Counted from the first letter of the whole stretch, positions 30,213-43,094 are shown. The stretch: 61,366 nucleotides of DNA, filler included, from Streblomastix strix (GCA_008636045.1; 3 parts of 3 records of this genome joined end to end with filler, not necessarily neighbours in it), one strand, 5' to 3'. Translations and numbers: made by a program. The notes: a model not told the origin generated them from the sequence alone.

Positions 30213-31963
30213 ATGATGCTTTTCATTGTGCTTACTGTGCTACTTTCTTTTGGTTACAATATTGAACAGAATCATTCAGAAATTATTGTTCCTTATTTAT
30301 AAGATGTCTTATCAACTCCTCCTTCATAAATTACCAAAGATGAAAATTTGATTGATAATTAAATTAAATCTAATCTTTCATATTTACCTTCTAAACAACA
30401 TACATCAAAAGAATAAACTATATCAAATTCAGAAAACGATTAATGTAAATGGACTATAAGTGATTAATATTATACGACTGATCCTACAACTGGAACATCA
30501 GATAAGATTGATTCAGCTATTCGTTATTGTTCTGATCCGGAAGGATATGAAATTGTACTTATTGATTCTAAACACAATGAAGATTTAAATTTAGATAATG
30601 ATTCACCAATATTAATAAAAGTTTGCTGAAATTATTTAAATAATGAATAACACAATTTTATTTTTTGTTAATTTAAGGGAGGAAATTAAAAACAAACTAT
30701 TTGGTATTGTGAAGAATATTTATTATAATACACAATCTCTTTAGAAAATGGTAATCACACCCTTCAAAATTTAGAATTTTAATTTAAAGAATCAACTGGT
30801 CCTGATTATCTACTTTATCCTATGACTGCTTTAATTTATGTTGGAGATTATTCTCATGAACATTAAGAATATTCATAATCGATTACTATTCGATAATGCA
30901 TCTTTAATTCGTATAATAATTTTAGTTAGACAAATATGTATCATATTTAGAGTTCTGGTGCTACAAAAGTTGAAATTATTAATTGTACTTTCAAAGGAGT
31001 TACATCAAATGAATTATCTTCCTCTATTTATATACTTGATATTTAAAAATGTGCAAAAATAATTCTAAATGGAACAATATTCTCAGATTTATCAATTAGA
31101 TCATAATAATCTCCTATTTTTCTTTCTGTTGGAAATCAATCAGAATCAATCGTTGTTCAAGATTGCACATTTATTAATATCAATTTTGACAGTTAAATTC
31201 ATTAAGCTGCACTTTATATTGAAAGATATCAAAGTATTAAAGTAGATGTAATAAGAAACATTTTTAATAAGTGTGTTGCTTATGACTCTAATTCAGGAGC
31301 CTTGCATATTTAAGATAAGAATAATAATAATGATAATAGCATATTCAATATTAGTAATAATTAATTTTCAAACAATTAAGGAAAAAAATCAGGAGCAATT
31401 TTTCTTGAGTCAAAAAATTGTAAAACATAATATTTCTTCACAAATAATTCATTCACATCAAATAAAAATAGTATTTCAGATGGAATTGGGTAAGATGCAT
31501 ACATGAACTTTACAAATCTTCCAACTGAGTGGACAATTGATAATATTGAAGATAAAACCAAAGAAATGTTCAATGGAAGCACATCTGATGCTTATGAGAG
31601 TATTTACTATGAAGTTTATAATAACAATAGTTTATTCACTTCTGGTAATATATCAATCTATGATAATCCACCTCCTGAACCTCCTAAATAGAAATAGAAA
31701 CTTAGTACTGGATAGATTGTAGGAATTGTTGTTGGATGTATAAGTTTTGTTGCATTAATAATTGTAATAATAATCATCAGTGTCCTCTATTATAATAAAG
31801 TGTGAAAAAATATAATTTATCTTATAAATTTAATATAATATATTTGAATTAAATTTTTATCATTATTTTACTATTAATTAATATTTAGAACTAGAAAAAA
31901 TTAAGTATTGAAGAATATAGAAGATATCTTCTATTTGAGAAACTTAAATATAGGTCTATTTGA
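30213..31963 (+). CDS. Type I membrane protein with signal peptide, beta-helix/Pmp-like repeats, Pro-rich stalk and C-terminal TM helix
   Basis: N-terminal MMLFIVLTVLLSFG; repeated CxF/FxxN and SGAL/SGAI motifs; PPPEPP; TM segment STGQIVGIVVGCISFVALIIVIIIISVLYY. Introns at 30621-30677 and 31800-31888; TGA at 31961-31963. Confidence 0.82.
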
Positions 31964-32167
31964 ATCTGATAAAAATATTAACTTCTCAATCATAACAATT
32001 TTATCATAAACTTGATCAACAACTTTTTTTAACTACGCTTGAAATATTTCACTACACTTTTGTACTTTTTTAGCTTAATAATACTTTTTTTATTTCCATA
32101 TAGTACTTTTTAGAGTGAATTATTATTTTACTTAATAAATAAAAAGTTTAAAGTAAATTGTTTATTA

Positions 32168-32495
32168 TATCAATGATATTAAAAATAGCAATGCATGCGA
32201 TCATATTAACGACTATGAACCTAACACCAGACAATGCAGATTCTGTGCTGGTATTACTGAAAAGATCCAAACTCCAGAATATTCACCATACAAAAGAAGG
32301 CATGTTGAGAAGAAAGATGCAAAAGTTGGTCCAGAAGATGATAGACATAATAAAAAGAGAAATAAAAATAAGAGTAAAAGCAAAAACCAAAGTCGAAGCA
32401 GAGAAAGGAGCCGATTAAGACATGAATAGAATAAAGCCAAAGAATAAGAAAGAGTTCATCAGAGGCAGAAGATCAATGACGAATTAGAATAAGTA
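32168..32495 (+). pseudogene. ATG-less gene fragment; inverted paralogous copy of the CxH..CxxC segment at 20620-20782
   Basis: Reads INDIKNSNACDHINDYEPNTRQCRFCAGITEKIQTPEYSPYKRRHVEKKDAK followed by a K/R/E-rich extension. No start codon is evident upstream. Confidence 0.65.
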
Positions 32496-32760
32496 AAGAA
32501 TAAAAAATATAAATTTTCCACTCTTTATTAAATACAACAATGTTCAACACAAAATATACACATATTAAACACATTAATAATTTAAAATCTAGCTAAATCT
32601 CTTTAAATTAAAAATTCAATAAAAATATAAAAAACTCTGGGTGTCTAGAAATAATGTTGCATAAACAAATTTAAATTATTACAAAAATCAACAAGTCAAA
32701 TTTAATATCTTTTTATCAATAACTTCAACACTATTTTTTTTCATCTTCTGTATAACTATC

Positions 32761-35358
32761 TCAGTTTTCTTTTAAACAAGTATGTGATTTAAATAAAAAA
32801 TAAAAATAATGTTAAAATAAGTAAAGATAAAGATAAATAAAGTTTAATAATATTATTATTAATTTATCTGATAAATAATAAACCATCATCACATGTTAAT
32901 TCTTCAAGAATATCATTCACAGATTCCATTGTCCATTTATCTGCATCATCTTGAAGAGATTTTATATGATTAACAATTTAATTTTTCATCAATTCATTTG
33001 GAAAATCTTTAGCTCTGAATAGTCTACCTAAACAAATTGCAGCAATATCTTTATTATGCTTATTATTACTTTAAATAAATAAATCATATATCTTTTAAAC
33101 GCCTCCTAATGCCGATACTGTTTCGAAATGTGGATGCTAAATTGTTGATGGTGTAGTATAAGTGCCTGCAATAAGAAGATTATAGATCGAACTAATTGAG
33201 TCTGATATAATACTTTCACCTGAATGATCTAATAAGCGAAGAAGGGATTGATATGGATTTAGATCTAACAGCATTTTTTTGAGGGATGTTTAACAGCAAG
33301 TTAATTTCATGAATAAAATGGTTTAATCTCTTTAAATATAAATAAAATCTCCGGATTTAAAGATATCTAATAATGATTATGCAATTCCGGTTTTTAATAG
33401 TTGCAATTTAAACTCTTCATCTTTACTATTTAATATTATTAAATTTAAAATTTTGCAATCATTTATTTATAAACTAATAATATCTTATTATTCTTATTCA
33501 CTTCCTTTAATTTATTACTTTAAATGATTAACAATTGTATTCAAATCAACATCTTTTATTATCTCAACAAAGTTTTCTAATAAAACAAAATAATACAAAA
33601 ATTATTAAAATTAAATATTCAAAATAATAACTTATTAATTAATATATTTCATTTCATAATATTTGCATACAATCATTCTAAGCAAGAACTTCAAGAATTT
33701 TATATGCAATTTTTTATGCCCAATCATCAGAATCATATAAAAGAGCTTTGAGATGTGCAATTATTGGTGTTTTCATTTCATTTGAAATTGTTTATGCTCT
33801 GAATAATCTGCCTAAACATAATGAAGCTAAATTTTTAATATTTTTATTCAGATTAATTCTTTAAAACAATTTAAAGATCTTTTAAACGCCTCCTAATGCC
33901 GATACTGTTTCGAAATGTGGATGCTAAATTGTTGATGGTGTAGTATAAGTGCCTGCAATAAGAAGATTATAGATCGAACTAATTGAGTCTGATATAATAC
34001 TTTCACCTGAATGATCTAATAAGCGAAGAAGCGATGGATATGGATTCAACACAAGCAGCATTTAAATCAATTCATCATTAGTTTGATATGCTAATCGACT
34101 AAATGCAAGAGAATAATCTCTTGTTATTTCATTTAAATATCTCAATCTGAAAATATCCAACAATTCTTTTGCAATTCCTGATTTTATTATTTATTTTCTT
34201 CCTTCAAAATCATCTTCATCTTTTAATGAATCTTTTAGCAATTCAAGAATATTTTTATTCCTTAATCTGATATTCTTCTTTTATTCTTCATTCCCTTCAA
34301 TCTGTTAACTCAAATATTCTGCAATTTAGAGATATAATTAGAATGGCTGTTCTAGTGTCAAAATTTTCTTTTAATCGATATTCTTCTAATCATCAAGAAT
34401 TTATATCTATTTATTTAAACTATTTAAATTTTCTTTATCTTTGTCCAACTTTTCTTAAAATGATTTAATCTCTTAATCTTTTTCCATTAATTTACCTTCA
34501 TTATTTTTATTTAAATTTTATTCTTTTATTAATTATTACTGAATTAGTTTATTATCATTATCTTTGACTGTTATTTTATTTTCCATTTGAGTCTTTATTT
34601 TGTCTAATTTCTGTATTTTCTCTTCTAATTCAATCTTTATAATTTCAATCGCATTAAATGCATTTTTTGATTCATTTGTTTATTCTTTCATTATTATTAT
34701 TCTTTCTTCAAGTTTAATTCTTTCATCCTCTCCATTTCTGTTCAATTCAATTAATTCATCTTTTTCTTTTTCTATTTCCTAATTTATGCTCATTATGGAA
34801 TTAATTTCTTTTTCATAATCTTTTCCATTAATCAACAATTTAAATTCGTGTAATGCAGCTTAGGAAATTACAAGGCTGTCACTCTATAGTAAATTTCATT
34901 TATCAATAAATGAAAAATATATCGAATAATTATTGATTTTTCAAACCATTGCTAATTCAAATAAGTTTTTAACAAAATTAGTTTCAAAATATACTTCCAA
35001 TTTATCAATTGTTCCCTTTTTTCATTGCAGATAGCACATTTTAACACATAAACTAAAAATTATAATATAAATATTTAAAACTATTAAAAATAAATGTTTT
35101 ACCTTTAATTCAAAGTTAGACTCTTTTCTATTGTGAATTTCAACAATTTTTGGAATAAGCCCTTCGCGAGCAAGCATTTCGCAAGTTTCTTAGGCTAAAA
35201 ATAAAATAATGTTTATAATTATATGTAAAAATAATAAATATCTAAAATTTAAATAAAATTTTGAAATTAATCATACATCCTGCACACTAACCAGCGATTT
35301 CTTAAAGAATTTTGCCTAATTCATCATTGTTGCTTTCAATGAGACGTTGCATCAGCAT
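32761..35358 (-). CDS. ARM/HEAT-like repeat protein with a coiled-coil segment and two long tandem repeats; apparent frameshift in exon 3; last exon uncertain
   Basis: Two units of the form PYxSLLRLLDHS..SISSIYNLLIAG..HPHFETVSALGGVQKI..AxCLGRLFRA..IxxHxKxL..DxW. Several GT-AG introns; K/E/Q-rich coiled coil at ~34350-34850. Confidence 0.75.
33090..34031. repeat. Identical 155-bp direct repeat (33090-33244 and 33877-34031)
   Basis: The two copies match base for base on manual comparison. Confidence 0.92.
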
Positions 35359-35984
35359 GGCAGGATTATTTAACATATAATCTTATCTTTAATTAGGAAA
35401 ATTTTACTAGTTAATCATTTTGTCAAATATAAATATGAGAAAAATAGATATAATACAAAAAATAGTTTTTCAATATTTAATTGGATTATTAATAATATTT
35501 TTTGTTGAAAAACGTTATAAAATATTAACTTTTTATTAGCCATACGTCTCTTAAACTTTGTTCTTATGACATCGTTGAAAAATCAATTTCAAAACTTTTT
35601 TATTTATTTTTTTTTTCCTTTAAGCATTTCACTAGAGTCTTATGTTTGAACAATAAAACATTGTAAAAATATCGATTAATAGAGAATTTAAGAAAAAAAT
35701 AATTGATATAATCATGTTTATTAAACTAACAAAGTTACCTAAGAACAAATAATGCTCAGAATCTCATTCATCCTATTGTATTTAAGTATTGATTCGCTTA
35801 TTAATAATAACAAAAAATTCATTATCAATTACTCAACTAACAAAATTCGAATGATAAGTATTAAAAACAGTTCGATATCAAATTTCTATAGGTCCATGCG
35901 CACCAGTAATCTGATTATAATAAATAAATAAAAATAAATAATTAATTAATTAAAAATAAATAAAATAAATAAAAATAAATAAGC

Positions 35985-36115
<131 letters not shown>

Positions 36116-36134
36116 TACAAATAAATATTTAGTA

Positions 36135-36993
36135 TCATTATTAACAAACAGTCGCATTCCTAATGTATCTACCACCATCATTCATTAGTTCTCCTGTAGC
36201 CATCCTTTTAAACTCTTTTCTTCCTTCAGAATGTGCTTTATTCACTGCTCTTTCCATAGCATCCATTCTCCCACTTTTAGGTTTGTCTTTTATATCAATC
36301 AGATCAACAATGTACATCAGTGATGCGTTCGCTGATTGATGTATTAGAAGTGATTTGATGAATAATTAATAATTAATAAGTAAAAAGTAATGGAATATAT
36401 ATAATTAGCTAATTTAATTAAATAATTTTCACACGAGGAATTAAATCATCAATTCCTTATTCTCCAAAACCAAGCTCTGATGGAATAAAAAGCTTCCTGC
36501 GTTCACCTTTGCACATCCCAAGCAATCCCTGTTATATTGAATTATATAATTAAATATATATAAATGAATGTATTTTAATAGTTAATATATAAAAATGAAT
36601 GAACATCAACAATTAAAAATATATTAATTATTAAAAATCAATTACCTAATCCCAACCTTTCAGTACTTTGCCTTCTCCAATCCTGAAGTTATATGGTTCT
36701 TATGACTCATATATGTTTGCTAATTGATTTCCAGTCTCGAGTAGAAATGCAGCATATTTTACCTGAAATAAAAAAAAAATAAAAATATTAAAATAAAAAA
36801 ATTAAAAAAATTTGGAAACAAATAGTTTGTCTCCAAGTTTGGATGTTTTTGTACAATCATCAGGCTTCTTGAGTGTAAGAATCTAAAGCATGTCAACTTA
36901 TATAGAGTCTCCAAGATCAAGCGTTTCAGAGTCAAACTCAAATTCGGATTTTGAAAAAGAAATCAGCACTGCAGACAGGAGAATAATAAGCAT
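36135..36993 (-). CDS. FKBP-type peptidyl-prolyl isomerase, secretory/ER type (FKBP2/13-like)
   Basis: Signal peptide MLIILLSAVLISFSKS, then [70 protein letters not shown]. Three GT-AG introns; TGA at 36135-36137. Confidence 0.93.
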
Positions 36994-39600
36994 TCTGAAG
37001 TAAAATAGTATAAATGAATAATTTTAAAATAAATATTCAAAAATAATTAACAAATAAATCAATAGGTAAGCATTTATAGTTAAATTAATATTATAAATCT
37101 CCGTCAGCAAATACTGGAACGAAACAAATGTAATAAAATAAAATAATTAAATATTATTATATTAAATATATGTGTAATAAGAATGATAGTATTATAAATC
37201 GAAATTGAATATTTGAGTATTGAAATAAAAACATTTTTCAAAAAAAGTTATGAACCTAATATATGAAGTTCTATTCATTGTAATAATTTAATTAACTAAA
37301 ATATAACATATTTTTAAATATTATTTTAAATAAACTTTTATTATAAAATTGATAGGTCACGTTTTGGCCTGGAATTATACAGATAATCCAATGTCATTCT
37401 CAGATAAGCATAATCTAGTGAAAATTTAATCGAATAAAGGTATCTGCATAATTTATTTACATTAATATTCTATTTTCATCTGCGGAAAGTCAAAAGCGTA
37501 AATTGACTTTTGGAAGATCTTATTTAAGATATCTGCAGAATAAAATAAACTATGGGTAAAAATTTTCACAATATGCAATTTATCAATAAAATAGTACAAT
37601 GGTCAATTTTAAGATTTTTATAAATTAGTAATCTATGTCATATGCTTCATATATTTATGCACTAATTTATAGATGGTAATTTAAAACTTAGCGAGAAAAT
37701 AGACTTTTTTTTAGTTTTTCCGATCTTTAACTGAAGTTAGTATAATTATTATGAATTATGTATATTATAAATTTAAAATAATAGAATTGATAAATTTATA
37801 GTATTTAAACTATTTTTGAAACATTATTAGCGATGTCTGATTTACTACATAATTATAGACTTTTTTCTAATTGTTCCACTGCAAACGTAAAGAGAGTAAA
37901 TGTTTTAATCATTTCAATATTATTTATTATATGCAAAATTAAAGCTGAATGCAATATATTTTCAAGATTTTTATTCATCCAAGCACGATAAAATTGTAAC
38001 ATAATTTTTCTGTTTTAAATTTCGTTTTTATTTCGCTTCAAGTTAGCCAAACATTCAATAAATAGTTAATTTTAATAATAATTATTTTTGCTAATGGTTT
38101 TTAATTTATTTATATTGATATTACAATTATATCAGTACGTTATTAAACTTTTAGGATAAACCTCGCATAATAAGTTATCTAGAGTATAAATTTTATTAAA
38201 TTATACTTTTTAATAAATCTACTGCTAAATTTCAGATAATACAAATAATTTTAAAACGTAAAGCGTAATATTAAAATTTGGAAGTTTTTTCAATTTTATT
38301 GCTAGAACTTTGTTCAAAAAATATTAAAATTATATTGACTCATATTTTGTTTGCTCCGCCCCTCCAACTATCATATATTCAGAAACTTGAATATTATTAA
38401 ACAATTATTTTTGAAGAAATTTTTTTTTAATTAAAAATTTTTCTCGGTATATGTATTTCATCCTACATTCAAATATTATATATTTGTTTATAAAGAGGGA
38501 GACACCAAATAATTTATAACAAATATTATAAAATACTTTTTATGTCTTTATTTCACATTTATAAAAATTGTCAAATTGTGCCTATTTACAAAAGGCGAAA
38601 ATTTTTACCCTATATATATTCGCTTTGATATGGATTTCTAGTGCTGTTAAATTTTGACAATTATAAATCTATAAATGATCGATTTCGATAGATAAAATCA
38701 AAAAATTTATTAAATTAATAATGATAGAAATAGCAAATTATTATTTAAAAGTAGGATACGCAAAAATTAGGAATAAATTAATTGAATAATACATTCAACG
38801 ATTAGTATATTTTTGGAAAAACGAATAAAAAATAATAAAATATATTTTTATTATGTAATATTCAATAAAACAGTTGAAAATTCATTATATTAATTTATAT
38901 TTGATTGAATTCATAAAAATAAAAAATAAAATTAATCTTATATATAGAGCAAATTTTAAAAATATTCAAAAATGCATTTTTCTTGCATTAAATATGATAT
39001 TAATTGAAATCAATATTATATATTCTTTATTAAACTAACAAAATTCAAAGCAATTAGCACGCATTTAAGTTGGATCATATAAATCACGGCAAGAGTGAGT
39101 ATTTTATATAATTTTCGTTACTATTTTATAATGAAGAAATATTTATGTTTATAATGATCGCAATTTATTAAAATTTTACAAATATAATAAAATATTGCAA
39201 TAATTTTTATCATAATGCTCTTTACAACACACAATTTAAATGTCGAAAACTTTGTCGAAAATTGATATGCATATCTGAAATTCCTTCCTGCTATTAGTAA
39301 TCTCTTCGAATATTAAACTTCTGACTGTGATTTTCTTAATGAAGCTTCATCTCTATAGTTTCAACATTTCATTTAACTCAAGAATGTTTATAAATGTCTG
39401 GGACAAAAACGATTATAAATTTCTCATTTATTCAATTTTTCATTTAATATAAATATTCAATTCACATAACAAGTTTAATGTAAATTAAATTACAATTATA
39501 TATAATTAATAATATATATCGGCTGTACCGCAGTCTACTAATTCTGTCGCGCAATTTGTAACTATAATCTCCGCGCCAAATGGCTTTTACAACTAATGCT

Positions 39601-39770
39601 CAATTCATCAATATAATGTGTAAATGATATGGACAATTGTAAGCGAATACCAATGGCACAAATGAACACAATTCGTCAATGTGATGCACAAATGATGTGG
39701 ATAATTCAAAGCAAGCACATATGACTCAAATGATCACAATTCATCAATATAATGGACAAATGATATGAAT
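39601..39770. repeat. 68-bp imperfect tandem repeat, ~2.5 copies
   Basis: CAATTCRTCAATRTRATG..CAAATGATRTG recurs at 39601, 39669 and 39737. Confidence 0.8.
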
Positions 39771-40447
39771 TAATATTTAAAAAATGTTCAAAAATATTCA
39801 AAATTATTTAAAAATTAAACATTTTATTTTCAAAATTTGTGAAAAAATTTAGCAATTTTAACTAATAATTTCTACACTAACTAATAGATTAATTATACTA
39901 ATTACTTATATAAACAGTCTATATCACTATATACTTCACTAATATGTATAGTATTTAGCATAGTGCTGCAGGATTGCGTATAAAAATGGTATGAAATAAA
40001 TTGCTAAAATTTTTCAAATAATTTCAAATACGAGTATACTTTATGTATCTATAATTAAAAATATTATAGATAGAAATAATGATATCAATCAGAATTTTCA
40101 ATAATATTTTCAATCTAATCACTTAGTTAATTGGCTGCCTATGGCAATAATTCAATTTACATACAACATCGAATTACACTCTCTTTTACATGAAAAACAT
40201 ATAAACGATTATATTTACAATAAAATATATATAATGATATAGTCATATTTATATTCAATGTGAACGCTCTTGCTGTAGATAATACATCCCTATTCTTTTT
40301 TACAAATTAGCGCATTTCTCTAACTGTTTTGATTTATGGGATTTACATTAATAATGACTTCAATTCCTATGTCATATATTAAAAATTAAAAAAATCAAAC
40401 TACACAAAATCTAACACAAAATAAACGATTTTTTATCTTTACACAAA

Positions 40448-40800
40448 ATGTAAGAGAAGTACAGAATGAGTAAAACATAGATTTAAAATTTATTAGATCG
40501 ATTATAAGTTCAATATTTACCTCACTATACACTAGTTGAGTTAAGAAACATGTTAACTAATGAATTATAACATTTACATTACTAAGGCCACATAACTATT
40601 ACAACTGAAATTGTCGCATTTGTAAACCAAATTGATGCTGAAAGAAATGAACAACAGTAATAATAGTTAGTATAAGTTGAATAACGTTAATTACAACCAT
40701 TAATTGAAACAGTTGATGAATAATAATAATAGTTGAATAATGATTAACAATAACCATAATTAACTACAGGGCGGAGAAAAGGTGCATCCGATTTGTTTCA
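40448..40800 (+). CDS. Hypothetical protein, probably a 5' fragment (helical N-terminus plus Q-rich region)
   Basis: MQEKYRMSKTQIQNLLDRLQVQYLPHYTLVELRNMLTNELQ...QQQQQ...TTGRRKG is open under TAR=Gln. There is a possible donor at ~40782 and the contig ends at 40910. Confidence 0.5.
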
Positions 40801-40910
40801 CGGATCTAATAAACATATTTATATATAATTAATATGTCAATTAATTTTATTTTATAACATACTATAAAATGTAATAATTAGAAATTTAAATTAATTGATA
40901 TTCGGTTTGT

Positions 40911-41010
40911 NNNNNNNNNNNNNNNNNNNNNNNNNNNNNNNNNNNNNNNNNNNNTTAATTAATTAANNNNNNNNNNNNNNNNNNNNNNNNNNNNNNNNNN
41001 NNNNNNNNNN
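40911..41010. other. Artificial contig spacer (N44-TTAATTAATTAA-N44)
   Basis: Same 100-nt structure as the first spacer, with the linker at 40955-40966. Confidence 0.97.
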
Positions 41011-41079
41011 AACTTATTATATTCATAAATAGCAGTTAAAATGTATAGGTGATGAAAAACATAAAAACAAGTTTTTTTC

Positions 41080-41221
41080 GTCGAGGAGGGTGCGCCTCTT
41101 ATGTATTCCGTAATTAATGTTGTTTCGCATAATGTGAACATACAAAAAATGTAAAGTGCCCCCGATGTCATCGGTGAGGGGCGCTTTGACAGTCACGCCC
41201 TGTCAATCATGATATCCCTAG
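41080..41221 (+). mobile_element. Putative Helitron-like 3' terminus
   Basis: GC-rich island with hairpin TTGACAG-7nt-CTGTCAA (41186-41206), an 11-nt spacer, CTAG (41218-41221), then T. Confidence 0.5.
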
Positions 41222-43094
41222 TTAAAATATGAGTTATATTCCTAAAATTTATTTTTATTAATAATATTAATAATTGTTTGAAGTAATATCAAATTTTAAT
41301 GATTTCATGTTACATATTAAAATTACCTATAATTTATGCAAATGTTGAACCGTAAATCAGATTAAAAACCAATAATAAATTTTTAAGTTTTTTTACTGCT
41401 GTATTTTCGATTATTTAATTTAAATAAATAAAATTTTATGAGTGAGAGTGAATTGAATCAGAAAATATGAAATGTTTTTCAAAAACTACTGTTGAAATTC
41501 GAATTTCAAATTTTTCATCTTAAAAAAATCACTGACGATAAAGTAACACTAACTGTTATATTTTCTAAATTTTTATAAATTTACTAAGAAATTTTCAATA
41601 ATTTGCTCTAAAATATAATTTCCATATATTAAAATTATTCAACAGTTACATTTTTACAAAAATTTTGAATTAATAAATTCGTTGAAATTTTTATTTATAT
41701 TCGTTAAATAATTAGATTAGAAATAATAAAGTGCATATTTTAATAATTTACTTCAACATATTTAATATTTGTAAACTTAGAACTAAAAATATCAAACAGT
41801 TTATGGAAGATGTAAATGATTGACGAATTTCTCAAAATTTAATTAGCTGACGAACTGACGAAGCCAAAATTTTTCCTCAAATTCGTTTAATCCTCATAAA
41901 AAATTAATTAGTCAATTATTTTTTATAAAAATTTTTTAAATTATAATTATTAAAAGAATATAATATAAATTATGCATAAATTGTAATTTTAAAGATAACA
42001 AAAAATGCAATTAACAGTTTATTTTTAATTTTTTTAAAATTAAGATCCAAATTTAAATTTTATCATTAATTTGATGATTATTTCTTATTAACACGATTTT
42101 TTTTAATATTAATCTATTTTTTAAAGTAAAATATCAATAACTAAAATGTTTACAATTTTTTTATCAATTAATTAAACAAATTTTGGCGAATTTCGTCATG
42201 GAACAAGGCCTCAGCGAACGAAAATGACGAATTTTAACAGTATTAGGGCTATTCCAAAATATAGTATTTAGAAAATATATTGTACTTTATACATTTCAAT
42301 TTTCCGAATGAATTGAATATGTTTAAGAAAAAAATTAAATGGATTCATACATACTTCACATGTACTAAAAAAATAAAATTAAAACTATATACATAATATA
42401 TGCTGAGTGCTGTTTTATTGGAACTTTTAAACTAAAAAATTCATAAAAATAGTTACGTTGTAGTTAAATAAATCAAAGACAAAAATTTCACTAATACAAA
42501 AATAAAGTATATATGTTACATATATTGATTTTCATATCAGTTCAAGTCAGAAAAATTATTTGGTTGAAAAAAGAGAAAAATAAAATCATAAAAAAATTAA
42601 GTTAAAAATCTGAAAGTGCTTATTGTGTAAAATTAATAAAAGTTTGTAATAAAATATTGTATTGCCAATGAATATGTAAGGATTGCGATAAACAAAAAAA
42701 GATTTGTAGAGCTAGTTTAAATGAAATATGAATGTTTATTAAAATAAATTTCATCCATGTGATTTTAGCCATTAAATATAAATTAATACTAATAAATTTA
42801 CATAAAATTGAAAAAAAATAAAAAATAAACCTTAATGATAAATCAAATATATATTCCCATTGCATCTAATATTTTTTTTAATAAAAAATTCACTTACCAA
42901 ATCAATTCTTGGGCATGCCGAAATTGCCCATAAGTAACCAAATTTTGATGAGCAATGGGCAATCATAGTGAAGAAGTAACAAAAATTGAGGCTATAGAGC
43001 AAAATTTAACTAATGTTTAATTTAAAATACGTTAACTTTTTGTAATAATTAACAAAAATTCTTAAATATTAACATTTTTTTTATTTTAATTGTA

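Noticed and set aside
32761..32763. TGA after DDEN in the ARM gene as a third readthrough site
   Set aside because: It can be the natural stop, and the last exon boundary is ambiguous.
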